This document shows, in pieces, positions 10,142-19,985 of a stretch of 64,000 nucleotides of DNA. The stretch is from positions 128,001 through 192,000 of the forward strand of contig JAHQWK010000002.1 of the NCBI GenBank assembly GCA_029856145.1, in the 5' to 3' direction. Position 1 is the first letter of the stretch; each line of letters begins with the position of its first letter. The position numbers and the translations under genes were made by a program. The notes beneath the pieces were generated by a model, which saw only the letters and a program-made list of their open reading frames with translations, did no database searches and was not told where the DNA came from. Origin of the DNA: Promethearchaeia archaeon (GTDB taxonomy: Archaea > Asgardarchaeota > Lokiarchaeia > Sigyniarchaeales > SOKP01).

Positions 10142-10903
10142 TTATTCTGGTTTTGAGAATGATTTCACATGCAGAATTAATGAAAATGCGGATGTATACA
10201 ATTCTGCATGCCCTACTTCTTTAATATCCTTCAAATAATTTATTGTATAATCTTCTACCCGTCTTAGATACGTTTTATCTCTTGCTTCATGATCTTGATC
10301 AAAAAATACATCAATTTTTAAAACTTTTTGATCGAAGCGACTAGGCATCTGAGGCATCATATTAAATGCAAAGACTAAATCTGGTTCTGATTCATTAGTA
10401 GAATCTACAACAAAGAGTACGTTTGGTTCTGCGACTGCTAGGAAACTTTCTAATGAGTGAAATATATCATCCACTTTAATAGTTAAATTTAAATTTCCAT
10501 CGATGTCAAAAGCACTACAATCACTAATTTTAGGTAGAAGAAATTTTTCTTTACCTCGAAAAGCAAGACTCATTTCATTGGGATTTAGGAAATTTTTAAT
10601 AATTGGATCATCTTTTTCTAGGGTAAATTTATCCGTAATAGCCTCCTGTTTCACATAAATAATTAGAGATCCTGCTGAGATTAAATTAATTTTCTGATAA
10701 TATATATTGAAGATAGGATTGTAGGGTAAATTTATAACTTCTTTATTGCCACCTAACCCAATTTGAGCTAAAATGTTAGTTGGAACCTGACTAGTCAAGG
10801 TAAACAATAAGAAAGATCTAAAATCTTTCAATTCAATATAATTAGAAAAATTTTCAAAAATGTTTTTTATTTTATTTATTTTTTGCGTTAATTCATTAGA
10901 CAT
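10142..10903 (-). CDS. Hypothetical protein
   Basis: Long ORF, no recognised motif; likely start MSNELTQ. Confidence 0.6.
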   Translation of the reverse strand: MSNELTQKINKIKNIFENFSNYIELKDFRSFLLFTLTSQVPTNILAQIGLGGNKEVINLPYNPIFNIYYQKINLISAGSLIIYVKQEAITDKFTLEKDDPIIKNFLNPNEMSLAFRGKEKFLLPKISDCSAFDIDGNLNLTIKVDDIFHSLESFLAVAEPNVLFVVDSTNESEPDLVFAFNMMPQMPSRFDQKVLKIDVFFDQDHEARDKTYLRRVEDYTINYLKDIKEVGHAELYTSAFSLILHVKSFSKPE

Positions 10904-10968
10904 TTTTATTACTTTTAAGGACACAATTTAGGTTAGTTGTATCATGGAATTAAAGATAATAATTAAAT

Positions 10969-11391
10969 CTAATCATCTATATATTTTGAAAGAAATTCTT
11001 CTAATGAATTCTTGACATCTCGAGTGATATGATGCTCTATTTCACAAGATAGCTTCTCAATAGTATCTTTATCTTCTATTTTCAAAACTTTTGAGAAAAA
11101 TTGGTAAAGAAGGGTGTGAATTTCATTTAATTGTCTGGCAATTTTTTTACCTTCTTCAGTTAACCTTATGGCTTTTCTAGGTTCCCACTTAATTAATCCT
11201 TTCTTCTTTAATTTTTCCAACATACCCGTTACAGAAGCAGGTTCTACATGAAGACTTTCTGCTATCTCTCTATTAGATACCCATCCACCTTTTTTAGATC
11301 GTGAGATTAAGTGGATTTCGTCTATGTATCTTTGATAACTTTCGGGAATATCAGATATTTTTGAATTTAATTTTAAACTTTTTTTCGCCAT
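10969..11391 (-). CDS. DtxR/MntR family metal-dependent transcriptional regulator
   Basis: IAESLHVEPASVTGMLEKL HTH, LTEEG, CEIEHH. Confidence 0.9.
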   Translation of the reverse strand: MAKKSLKLNSKISDIPESYQRYIDEIHLISRSKKGGWVSNREIAESLHVEPASVTGMLEKLKKKGLIKWEPRKAIRLTEEGKKIARQLNEIHTLLYQFFSKVLKIEDKDTIEKLSCEIEHHITRDVKNSLEEFLSKYIDD

Positions 11392-11569
11392 CTCTAAGTT
11401 ATAAAATTGAGTATTTTCAACATAGATTTATTTTTATTTCAAAATTGTTAATACTAATTATTCTTTTTAATTTTTCTTTTTTTTTCTTTTTTCTTTCTAA
11501 TAAAGATTTTATATTTTAGTTGTCCTTTTTATGATTATAATTCATTTAATTTTTCAATATATTGAGTAA

Positions 11570-12154
11570 ATGGTAAAAAAATTCCCTGGTATATTATTTT
11601 TAGTAGTTGGAAATTCTGGTTCTGGCAAAGATTCAATAATTTCAGGATTAGTTAAAAAATTTCCTTCTAATTTGAAAAATATTTATGTTCCAAAAAGATT
11701 TATAACAAGATCACCATCTAAATTTGAAGAAAACATTTCAATATCAACTCAAGAATTCATAAAAATGGATAAGAAAGAAAAATTTGCATTAAAATGGCAT
11801 GTTTATGAATTAGATTATGGAATTTCTAAAGAAATTGAGGATTATCTCAAAAATGGACACCCGGTTATAATTAATGTTAGCCGTACAATTGTAAAGCAAG
11901 CGAGAGAAATATATGCAAATATCAAGGTAATTTTTATCGAAGTCCCTTTCAAAATCACTTATCAAAGGATAAAAGATCGAAAAAGAGAAAGTGAAGATTT
12001 GTTAAAACAAAGAATCGAACGGGCAAGAAAAAACCAAAATTTTCCAGAAGCAGATTTTATTATAGATAACTCTGGAGATTTGGATAATGCGATTAATCTA
12101 TTTCTAAATTATCTGTTAAATGTTATAAATAAGAAAGAAAAAGAGAAAAATTAG
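11570..12154 (+). CDS. phnN: Ribose 1,5-bisphosphate phosphokinase PhnN-like (guanylate kinase fold)
   Basis: VVGNSGSGKDS, RFITR, FALKW..Y...YGI, INVSR, IDNSG. Confidence 0.8.
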   Translation: MVKKFPGILFLVVGNSGSGKDSIISGLVKKFPSNLKNIYVPKRFITRSPSKFEENISISTQEFIKMDKKEKFALKWHVYELDYGISKEIEDYLKNGHPVIINVSRTIVKQAREIYANIKVIFIEVPFKITYQRIKDRKRESEDLLKQRIERARKNQNFPEADFIIDNSGDLDNAINLFLNYLLNVINKKEKEKN

Positions 12155-12212
12155 ATAAAATTTTTTTAGAAACTAATATTAGATTTTATTATTATATCAT
12201 AAAACCATTTAT

Positions 12213-12345
12213 GGCTCGGTTTGTATAGTGGTTAGTATTGGGGACTGTGAATCCCTAGAAGTGTAAGAATATTCTTACTACTGGGGAAAGACGGGTTCAA
12301 ACGGAAAGAATACTCTTCTTTTCGGAATAATTCCCGTACCGAGCC
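12213..12345 (+). tRNA. tRNA-His(GUG) with encoded G-1 and two BHB-type introns (12259-12288 in the variable region; 12301-12330 in the T-loop, 58/59)
   Basis: Acceptor GCTCGGT/ACCGAGC, anticodon arm GGGGA-CTGTGAA-TCCCT, T-arm ACGGG-TTCAA|TT-CCCGT after splicing; no CCA encoded. Confidence 0.9.
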
Positions 12346-12382
12346 CTCCTCATTTTTTTAATAAATTAGGCAGTGCAAAAAC

Positions 12383-12838
12383 TTGGCAGATAAAGAACCA
12401 GACAAACTTAGAGACCTTCCAGGATGGGAGAAAGTAGCGCCAATACCCTTATGTATGGGAGGAGACTATCGTGCGTTAACGTTTTGTTGTAAGCCGGGTT
12501 ACTCATTGGCATTTGCCTTTAAATGCAGAAGAGATGAAATATTAAGCGAACTAGGCCTCAGTCCAGAGGAATTTATCAAAATTAAGGAGGAATTTTCAAA
12601 AGAAAACAATTGGGATTCTGAATTAGTTTGTTTTGGATCTCTCTCTTATTGCTGTATGAGACGAAATGGTTGTTCAAGAAGAGATCTTGCGTTAATAGAA
12701 AGATATCCTAGTATAACTTCAGAGGATATAATGAGAACTTATTTTAAGAAAAAAAAGGAATTATCAAAGAGAATTTTAGAAAATGTTAAGAATATTGAAG
12801 GAAAAAAGAAGATTAAACCATTATTAGATTTTTTTTGA
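12383..12838 (+). CDS. Methanogenesis marker 9-like Cys-rich domain protein
   Basis: PLCMGGDYRALTFCCKPG, CFGSLSYCC motifs. Confidence 0.75.
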   Translation: MADKEPDKLRDLPGWEKVAPIPLCMGGDYRALTFCCKPGYSLAFAFKCRRDEILSELGLSPEEFIKIKEEFSKENNWDSELVCFGSLSYCCMRRNGCSRRDLALIERYPSITSEDIMRTYFKKKKELSKRILENVKNIEGKKKIKPLLDFF

Positions 12839-12895
12839 AAATTAATTATCTTTAGGATCATTTTTTTAACCATCATCTAAAGCAAAATAGAAAAA

Positions 12896-13861
12896 ATGAT
12901 TGTCTCTATCACTCATGAGTTAGACCTTGACGGGTTAGGTTCACAAGCAATAGTTAAAAGATATTTCACTAATTTCAATAAAATTAATTCACATGAAATT
13001 CTATGCTATTATGCTCATTATACGAATTTCATAGAGATCACAAGAAATGTTTTAAGTAAAATCCCCTCTGAAGGACAGCTTATTATTTCTGACATTGGAT
13101 TTAATGATGATTTTAGACAATTATTTCCTCTTTTTGAGAAATGTAAGAAAAAAAAATGTAAAATATTCTGGTTTGATCACCATATAGTAGATAAGGAAAT
13201 TAAAAGAGAGCTCAAAGAAATTTTAGAAGTGTATATAAATGACCCCAATAGATGCGCTGCTGAAATTATCAAAGATTATTATTTACCAAATGATTCTATT
13301 GCCATAAAAATAGCATCATTTTCAAGGGATATTGATTTTCAAATTAAGAAATATATCAATGCAACAAAAATTCAGTCCATCATCGCATTCAACAGAGGAA
13401 ATGAGTTAAATAAGAATAAAGAAAAAGTAGTTAATTTATTGGCAGATGGGACTTTTGAAAATGAATGGTATGACGAACAGTTAATAAAGATTAAGGAATG
13501 GGAAGAAGAACAAACTAAATTTGCTCTTACTCATATAAAAATAATAGAAATCGAAGAATTTGGTAAAATTTCAGTTTCTTATGCAAATCTCGGTGGAGGA
13601 AAAATAGTTTCAATATTAAAAGATCACTTTCCTGAGATAAAATTATATATTGGGATTGACTTCCGATATAATGAAATAATTATACATAGTGATTATGTTG
13701 ATTGTGGAGAATTTGCTAGAAATTTTAAAGGTGGGGGTCATAGAAATAGAGCTGGCTTTGAAATTGATAAAATTTTTACTGAAAATAATGAATTCAGCGT
13801 TGCTTTTTTACGAAATATAATAGAAAATATTCTTAAATTTAAAATTAAAAAAGCTCAATGA
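12896..13861 (+). CDS. DHH/DHHA1 family phosphoesterase
   Basis: HELDLDG, ISDIG, FDHH, GGGHRNRAG. Confidence 0.85.
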   Translation: MIVSITHELDLDGLGSQAIVKRYFTNFNKINSHEILCYYAHYTNFIEITRNVLSKIPSEGQLIISDIGFNDDFRQLFPLFEKCKKKKCKIFWFDHHIVDKEIKRELKEILEVYINDPNRCAAEIIKDYYLPNDSIAIKIASFSRDIDFQIKKYINATKIQSIIAFNRGNELNKNKEKVVNLLADGTFENEWYDEQLIKIKEWEEEQTKFALTHIKIIEIEEFGKISVSYANLGGGKIVSILKDHFPEIKLYIGIDFRYNEIIIHSDYVDCGEFARNFKGGGHRNRAGFEIDKIFTENNEFSVAFLRNIIENILKFKIKKAQ

Positions 13862-13937
13862 AGAAATTTTGAATATTCCTTTGTTTTAGATGATAATAGG
13901 AAATTTTATAAATCACTATTTTTTTCACTTACTTAAG

Positions 13938-14096
13938 ATGCTTCTTGAACAGGTTCTGCCTCATCCTCATCGGGATGATATATATATCAATGAGATAATA
14001 ACTCCTCACGATAAGGTTACACATAGTGACAAACAAATGGTAAATCGCCTTCTTTTAAAGGAATTCGCAAGGAGAGGGGTAGAAATATCTGCTTAG
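13938..14096 (+). CDS. Small (52 aa) hypothetical protein, probably leaderless
   Basis: GC-richer ORF in AT-rich surroundings; TTTATAAA box about 25 nt upstream of ATG 13938; T-tract after stop. Confidence 0.5.
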   Translation: MLLEQVLPHPHRDDIYINEIITPHDKVTHSDKQMVNRLLLKEFARRGVEISA

Positions 14097-14148
14097 AGTT
14101 ATTTTTTCTTTTTACATTTAGAAAATTAAAAAAAAAAGATTAAGAATT

Positions 14149-15165
14149 TTATTTATTGATTTTTGTGCATATTAATGGAACTATATAGCCTAATATAAAT
14201 GTAGCAAAAGCATATCTAGCAAATCGATAATAAACACTATCAATTGTTAAAATATATTCAAATGGCACGTAGACGACTAGCAAAACAACCATACCTATTA
14301 CAATATTAATTATTTTCTTTTTGTTTGATAATTGTGAGGGATCATATTTAACATATTTTTGCTCCAATAGATATCCTACACCAAAACCTAATAATGCCCC
14401 TCCTACTTGAGCATAAGCACCATCATCAGCATAAAGGACAGGTGGTACAACTAATCCTAAACCAGCATTAGGAAATAATATAGTTCCAATAAAAAATAAT
14501 ATAATAGCGACTGCGGCTGTTAAAATTATCTTTGCAATAAAATTTAATTTGTTGAACTGCTCAGAGAGAAATGGTTCTGTGTATATAAATAATAATAAGA
14601 CTCCAATACCAATTAAGGATCCTCCAATTATATCTTGAAGATCGTGTACTCCAATGATTATTCTTGAAATTGCAATAAGGAATATTATAACTGAGAAAAT
14701 GATTGGAATAATTGGTAAATTATTATATTTATATTTATCCTTAAAATCCTTAGCTGAATATCCCCAAAAAGCAGTTGAGTTTTGCGTGTGCCCGGAAGGA
14801 AATCCGTAAGATGGTTCAGCAAAACCATACTCATCACCAACATTTGTTGCTACTGGTCGAGGATCTTGAAATATTGATTTGCACAATTGATTAAGATATT
14901 GAGAGAATAACAAAATTACAGCTAAATTTTTAGCATATTTCTTATTGTAGGCTAAATACAATATTGCTACGATAATTATAAAAACAATGGGTTCGCCAAG
15001 ATAAGTTATTGCTTTGAATATAGCTTGAACAGTAGAGCTCGAACTATAGAAGGCTTCGTTAAGTCCACTGTAATAAAAAATTAATCCAACGACTAAGATA
15101 GCTAAAGAAGTAATTCCAATAATTAATAAAGCTCTTTTTGATAAATATTCTGTTTTTTCAGACAT
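14149..15165 (-). CDS. PAP2 family membrane phosphatase
   Basis: K......RP, FPSGH, SRIIIGVH...D motifs. Confidence 0.9.
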   Translation of the reverse strand: MSEKTEYLSKRALLIIGITSLAILVVGLIFYYSGLNEAFYSSSSTVQAIFKAITYLGEPIVFIIIVAILYLAYNKKYAKNLAVILLFSQYLNQLCKSIFQDPRPVATNVGDEYGFAEPSYGFPSGHTQNSTAFWGYSAKDFKDKYKYNNLPIIPIIFSVIIFLIAISRIIIGVHDLQDIIGGSLIGIGVLLLFIYTEPFLSEQFNKLNFIAKIILTAAVAIILFFIGTILFPNAGLGLVVPPVLYADDGAYAQVGGALLGFGVGYLLEQKYVKYDPSQLSNKKKIINIVIGMVVLLVVYVPFEYILTIDSVYYRFARYAFATFILGYIVPLICTKINK

Positions 15166-15302
15166 TTTTTTAAACCAATTTAAACTGATTAAAATCTTAA
15201 TATGTTAAAGAAATTAATAAAGATTTGTATAAAATCGAATTTATCTGCTTTTAAAAATAGAACTAAATTCTTTAATGAAAAACCATATTAAATGAGGAAA
15301 AT

Positions 15303-15968
15303 TCAATCAATCTTAATATCTGTTTGTTTTTCATCAAGTTTTTTAAGTTTAACTTCCAAAATACCATTAGTATACCTTGCTCGTGCATAATCTGAATTGA
15401 TTGCTGAAGGTAACTTAACTTCTTTATAATAGCTCCAACCTTTAACCTTAGATTTCGAGGATATTGTTAAGGAATCTCTGGAAGCTTTTAATTCAATCTC
15501 CTCTTTCGTAACACCAGGCATTTCGCAAATAACTATAATTTGATCACCTTGTTCATTTACTTCTGTCAAAGGTTGTCTAACTTTTTTAACATCTGGTTCT
15601 CCAGAATATGGTTTTGCTTTAAGATTACCGAAAGAATCGATAATTGGTTTACCGTCAGGGCCAATATTAATATTAAATCCATACATTATTGGAAAACCAA
15701 ATTTACCCTTATTTTTAGTAAATTCTTTCATAATATCTTCTGGTGAGAGATTCTGTAACTCAGGGGGCAAATTATCCATAATTTTTTCAAAAATATCTTT
15801 AAAAAGGTGTCGAAAATCTTTAGATCTAAATAATTTAGTTGGATCTATTGAAAATTTATTGGGATCACTGAAAAACTTGTTCGGGTCTTCAAAGAATTTA
15901 GAAAAATCAAAAGGTTCCCTTTTTTCCTCATCCTCATCTTCATCGTTATCTCTATTTTTTTTAGGCAA
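15303..15968 (-). CDS. hsp20: Archaeal small heat shock protein Hsp20
   Basis: YGFNINIGPDGKP..FGN, EMPGV, ARYTNGILEV. Confidence 0.9.
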   Translation of the reverse strand: MPKKNRDNDEDEDEEKREPFDFSKFFEDPNKFFSDPNKFSIDPTKLFRSKDFRHLFKDIFEKIMDNLPPELQNLSPEDIMKEFTKNKGKFGFPIMYGFNINIGPDGKPIIDSFGNLKAKPYSGEPDVKKVRQPLTEVNEQGDQIIVICEMPGVTKEEIELKASRDSLTISSKSKVKGWSYYKEVKLPSAINSDYARARYTNGILEVKLKKLDEKQTDIKID

Positions 15969-16162
15969 GTTTATTCCTCTCTACTATAAATACGAATTAT
16001 TAATTATCAATTAAATTTAATAAGCAAAATTTTTAATTAAATATTATAATAGCTAAAAACTAATTAGCTTATAATCTAGAAAAATTGTTTGGATTAATAA
16101 ATTTATTCTACTTATAAACTAAGTTAGAGTTAATTAAATTAAAAATATTGATTTGAGGTCTT

Positions 16163-17989
16163 ATGTATAGTGAGCTGAGTGACGATGACAAGAATATGTA
16201 TCTCGATGTCTTGAGTCAAGCACCAATAATGCCATTTTCAAATTTTGTCTCAAGAGGAGATATCGTAGATCCCATCGATATATCACGTCCTCGTGCTTTC
16301 ATAGATCGAGAAGTGTATAGACTCGTGCAACAAACTTCTAGAGATAGATCTAGTAGATTAATTCCAATTTTGGGTTCAGCTGGGACTGGAAAAACACATG
16401 CTTATCATTCGTTCAAAGATAAAGAACGTGAAAATAGGAGAAGATTAGAAGGTGCTGAAGAATTAGAAGAAGTAGACGCTAGTAAATTTGCTACATCTTC
16501 TGATTGGACTATAGTATATGTTCCAAGTCCTCCCGCAAGTATTCGTGTTTTACTCCATGTATATACATGTATAATTGAAGAACTTGGAGCAGAACTAATT
16601 GATATCGTATCTGAAAAACTAGTTAAAAAATGGGGGGGAACCAAAAAGGGGATTTTCCAAAAACCTAAATTAGATGAAGTGATTCAATTAGGGATCAGAG
16701 AATTCCCCGGTGTATTTGCTGATTGTGTTAAAGCTTTAGTAACTTATCAGTTAGACAAAAACAAAAAACCACTTGCAGAAAGATGGCTTCTTGGAGAAAG
16801 TTTAGAAGATGAGGAATTAAGCGACTTAGGGATTAATTCAGTCCTCGAAGATGATGACATCTGCCTTAGTATGATTAAGATAATTACAGAGAATTTAGAC
16901 AGAGTGCTTATCCTTTATTTTGACGAGTTAGAGAGCCCATATAGGATGTTAGGCGAAACTGCAGAAATAAAACTCCTTGAGATTCTAAAGAGATTATATA
17001 ATGAAGTTAAAGGATTAGTTATAACAATAGCAGTATTGAAAGAAATATGGCCAAGAATTATCGAAATTGCTGATGCCCCATTGAGATCACGAATGGAACC
17101 TGAGCAAGAATTGAAACCATTTAGCTTAAATGATTTAAAAATCTTTTTCTCAAAATCAATGGAAGCATTCTGGGAAGATAATAACTTAAATCCTCCTTTA
17201 TATCCATTATTCCCCTTAAATGAAAAATTAATCGAAATGATATATGAGAAAACAAAAGGGAACCCAAGAAATTCTATTAAACTTTGCAGAAGATTTATCG
17301 ATAAAATAGTTATGGAAGAAATGACAGTCGATCAATTGTTGCAAGTTGGCGCAGAGATTGTTGCAACAGCAAAACCCAAAGCAAAAATTGAAGAAGAAGA
17401 AGTGATTGATTTTTCCAAACCAAGAGAAGTAATTAAAAAAACAATTGAGGAAATTTTAGCTGAGGAAGAATATTCAATAGATGTGAATCCACAATCTGTT
17501 GCCGGAGCTGCTTTAAAATGCATAAATATGGTAGGAGAAGAAAAAGGAAGGAAATTTAAAACGGAAATGGAGTTTAAATTCAAACTTGGAAAAAGAGTAC
17601 AAACTCTAGCAGCTTTAATTCAAGCTGAAGGCAATAAATGGGGTTTAGAGATACCATCTATAAAAACTTTCGATAGAAGTGCTGGAGTAGCAGGATATTA
17701 TGCTGCTAAAAGATTAAAAGATGCAATTGATGAGAAAGCAATTGATAAAGCTTTGTTAATTGTGCCTACTGGCAGTCGTGGGGCAAAATTTGAAAGTATT
17801 TTACAAAATAACCCAGACATCCACAAGGTTGAGTTAAATAATGAAATTGGAGAGAAACTAATTGCGAATGCGCTGAAATATCCTACATTAGAAGGTTGGC
17901 AAATTGCAAAAATAATTTTTCCTGATATTGGAGAATATCAACCTCCTCTAGTTGAAGAGACTCCATCTGATGAAGAAAATACTGAATAA
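16163..17989 (+). CDS. AAA+/P-loop ATPase with a C-terminal alpha/beta domain
   Basis: Walker A GSAGTGKT, Walker B LYFDE, LRSR arginine finger, GNPR sensor-2-like motif. Confidence 0.75.
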   Translation: MYSELSDDDKNMYLDVLSQAPIMPFSNFVSRGDIVDPIDISRPRAFIDREVYRLVQQTSRDRSSRLIPILGSAGTGKTHAYHSFKDKERENRRRLEGAEELEEVDASKFATSSDWTIVYVPSPPASIRVLLHVYTCIIEELGAELIDIVSEKLVKKWGGTKKGIFQKPKLDEVIQLGIREFPGVFADCVKALVTYQLDKNKKPLAERWLLGESLEDEELSDLGINSVLEDDDICLSMIKIITENLDRVLILYFDELESPYRMLGETAEIKLLEILKRLYNEVKGLVITIAVLKEIWPRIIEIADAPLRSRMEPEQELKPFSLNDLKIFFSKSMEAFWEDNNLNPPLYPLFPLNEKLIEMIYEKTKGNPRNSIKLCRRFIDKIVMEEMTVDQLLQVGAEIVATAKPKAKIEEEEVIDFSKPREVIKKTIEEILAEEEYSIDVNPQSVAGAALKCINMVGEEKGRKFKTEMEFKFKLGKRVQTLAALIQAEGNKWGLEIPSIKTFDRSAGVAGYYAAKRLKDAIDEKAIDKALLIVPTGSRGAKFESILQNNPDIHKVELNNEIGEKLIANALKYPTLEGWQIAKIIFPDIGEYQPPLVEETPSDEENTE

Positions 17990-17999
17990 ATTTGATTTT

Positions 18000-18923
18000 T
18001 TAAATTTTTTTTAAAAGCTCTCTAATTTTTTCATCTATTCCATTTAATTCATTTGCTAATCTAGAAGCCCTTTGCGTGTTGTTTTTTAATTTTATCAAGA
18101 TATCGACTAACTCATGGTCTTCAAATGTGAGTGAAATTTCAATTAATCTATCTATTGGCTCAGCAAAATTATTATATAAAGGTAATTGATTTACTTCTAA
18201 ATTAGTTATTATTTTATCAACTTCCTTGTAAAGATTTTCACGTTCCTTTATTAAATCAGGGAAAAAACCTACTTGTTCCCCTTTATTTTCTAAAAATGAA
18301 GCGATCTCTTCTTCTTGTACGAATTCAGCTAATTCAGCGGCTTTTAGAAAACTTTTCTTTGCTTTTCTATAGAATTCTTGATTTAGTAAATCATCAGCAA
18401 GTTTTACTTCAGCTGCGAGCTTTTCAGGAATTTCTTCTCCAAGATCTATCAATTCGCGTGCTTCTGAAAGTTTTCCATCATCAAGCATTTTCTTTGTTCT
18501 ATCATTGATGGTTTCTTTAATAATTTTCGGCTCTTGTAATTTCTCCATTAAGCTTAAAATTGAATTTATTGCATTATTTAGAATTTGTGTCATCTTACTT
18601 TTATCACTAGTATAATTTTGAACAACTTTTTCCTCAACGTTATTAAAAATACTTTTTAATGAGACCAGATCTTCTCCTTCTTGCAAGATAAAGCTCAGAT
18701 AAAGATTTTCTTTTTCTAATGATTCAGCATTGATTTTCTTCGAAAAATATCGATTATTTCCTTCACGGATTGTTATATCTACCAATTCTTTTTTATCATG
18801 TTTTTCTGAAAATTCTTTTAAGATTGTTGGTGATATTTTATCATCTTGTTTTAAATAATATTCTGCGATAATATTGGGACCAAATGAAGGGTCGATTTCG
18901 TATAAAATTATTGCTCTTGGCAT
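18000..18923 (-). CDS. Protein with N-terminal uDENN/longin-like domain and C-terminal helical (TPR/MIT-like) region
   Basis: N-terminal IILYEIDPSFGPNI resembles the hFD..GP motif of uDENN/NPR2-type longin domains. Confidence 0.5.
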   Translation of the reverse strand: MPRAIILYEIDPSFGPNIIAEYYLKQDDKISPTILKEFSEKHDKKELVDITIREGNNRYFSKKINAESLEKENLYLSFILQEGEDLVSLKSIFNNVEEKVVQNYTSDKSKMTQILNNAINSILSLMEKLQEPKIIKETINDRTKKMLDDGKLSEARELIDLGEEIPEKLAAEVKLADDLLNQEFYRKAKKSFLKAAELAEFVQEEEIASFLENKGEQVGFFPDLIKERENLYKEVDKIITNLEVNQLPLYNNFAEPIDRLIEISLTFEDHELVDILIKLKNNTQRASRLANELNGIDEKIRELLKKI

Positions 18924-19040
18924 TTTATCAAATCTTTGATAATATTATTTTAGTGATTTAATATATTTTTTAGACTTAATAAGTAAATAGGATAATATTA
19001 GGTATTTATCTTTTAAGTAAAAATATAGATGGGATAAATT

Positions 19041-19958
19041 GTGGCTATTATAGATGATACGTATTGTGAAGCTTTTGAGGGACTTTGTTGCCAATTAATG
19101 GTAACAGCTCAAGATCAAGAGTTTTTGTATAGGGCAGCTACCTCTTTTACTTCATTACCTTCAACAGTTTTTGGAGATGCTGAAGGTGGTATCGTTAGAT
19201 GGCTTTCCGAGAAAGAGACAATTGATGGAAGATTGGGTGCAATTGTCCAATTATGGGTAACTGGGACAGGAAAGAAAGCTACAGCTAAATTTTATGAACA
19301 ATTAGGTAAGCGAATCAGACAAGGTATTTTAATAGTTCCAACTACTGCGGTCTTCAATTATTATCCAAGTAAAACTGATATGCAATTTAACATGATGAAT
19401 AATGTGGGTCATTGTGGTGATGGTTGTGAGGAAATTATTAATAAATTTGGAAGAAATATGATTTCTGTTCCAATTATGATGGGATATGACTTTTTAATCG
19501 AAGAAGAACTCTCTTATGCTAAAGGCGTAATGGGAGGAAATATTTGGTTATTTTGTGATTCTGTGTATTCAGGAATAAAAGTAGGACGGGAAGCTGTTAA
19601 AATCATAGCTGAAATTGATAATGTGTGTACTACATTTGATGTATGTTCAGCTGGTTCTAAATTAGAAACAAATTTCCCTGAAATTGGGCCAACAACAAAT
19701 CATCTGTACTGTCCTACATTAAAAGAGAGGTTACCTTCAGGAGAATGTAAAGTTCCTAAAGGTGTAAATTCAATTCCAGAAATTGTTTTTAATGCTTTAG
19801 CTATTGATACTATTGAGAAGACAATGTCAAATGTTATTGAAGGGCTCATAAACATGGAAGGGCTTATTAAAATTTCTGCTGGTAATTATGGGGGAAAATT
19901 AGGAACATATAAAATATATTTAAGAGAATTAAGATTGAAAGAAAGCTATTTTTCTTGA
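19041..19958 (+). CDS. ftr: Formylmethanofuran:tetrahydromethanopterin formyltransferase
   Basis: IDDTYCEAF, PTTAVFN, GVMGGN, SAGSK, PTTNHLYCPTL, ISAGNYGGKLG. Confidence 0.92.
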   Translation: MAIIDDTYCEAFEGLCCQLMVTAQDQEFLYRAATSFTSLPSTVFGDAEGGIVRWLSEKETIDGRLGAIVQLWVTGTGKKATAKFYEQLGKRIRQGILIVPTTAVFNYYPSKTDMQFNMMNNVGHCGDGCEEIINKFGRNMISVPIMMGYDFLIEEELSYAKGVMGGNIWLFCDSVYSGIKVGREAVKIIAEIDNVCTTFDVCSAGSKLETNFPEIGPTTNHLYCPTLKERLPSGECKVPKGVNSIPEIVFNALAIDTIEKTMSNVIEGLINMEGLIKISAGNYGGKLGTYKIYLRELRLKESYFS

Positions 19959-19985
19959 ACTTTTTTATCAATTTTTTAGTTTGTT

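Noticed and set aside
12170-12380. tRNA loci as integration sites of mobile elements (also 55208 and 63726)
   Set aside because: No integrase, no duplicated tRNA 3' end and no compositional shift seen; flanking genes are housekeeping or metabolic.
15830-15910. Repeated DPNKF motif in the Hsp20 N-terminus
   Set aside because: Short degenerate peptide repeat in a variable region; not a CRISPR or DNA repeat element.
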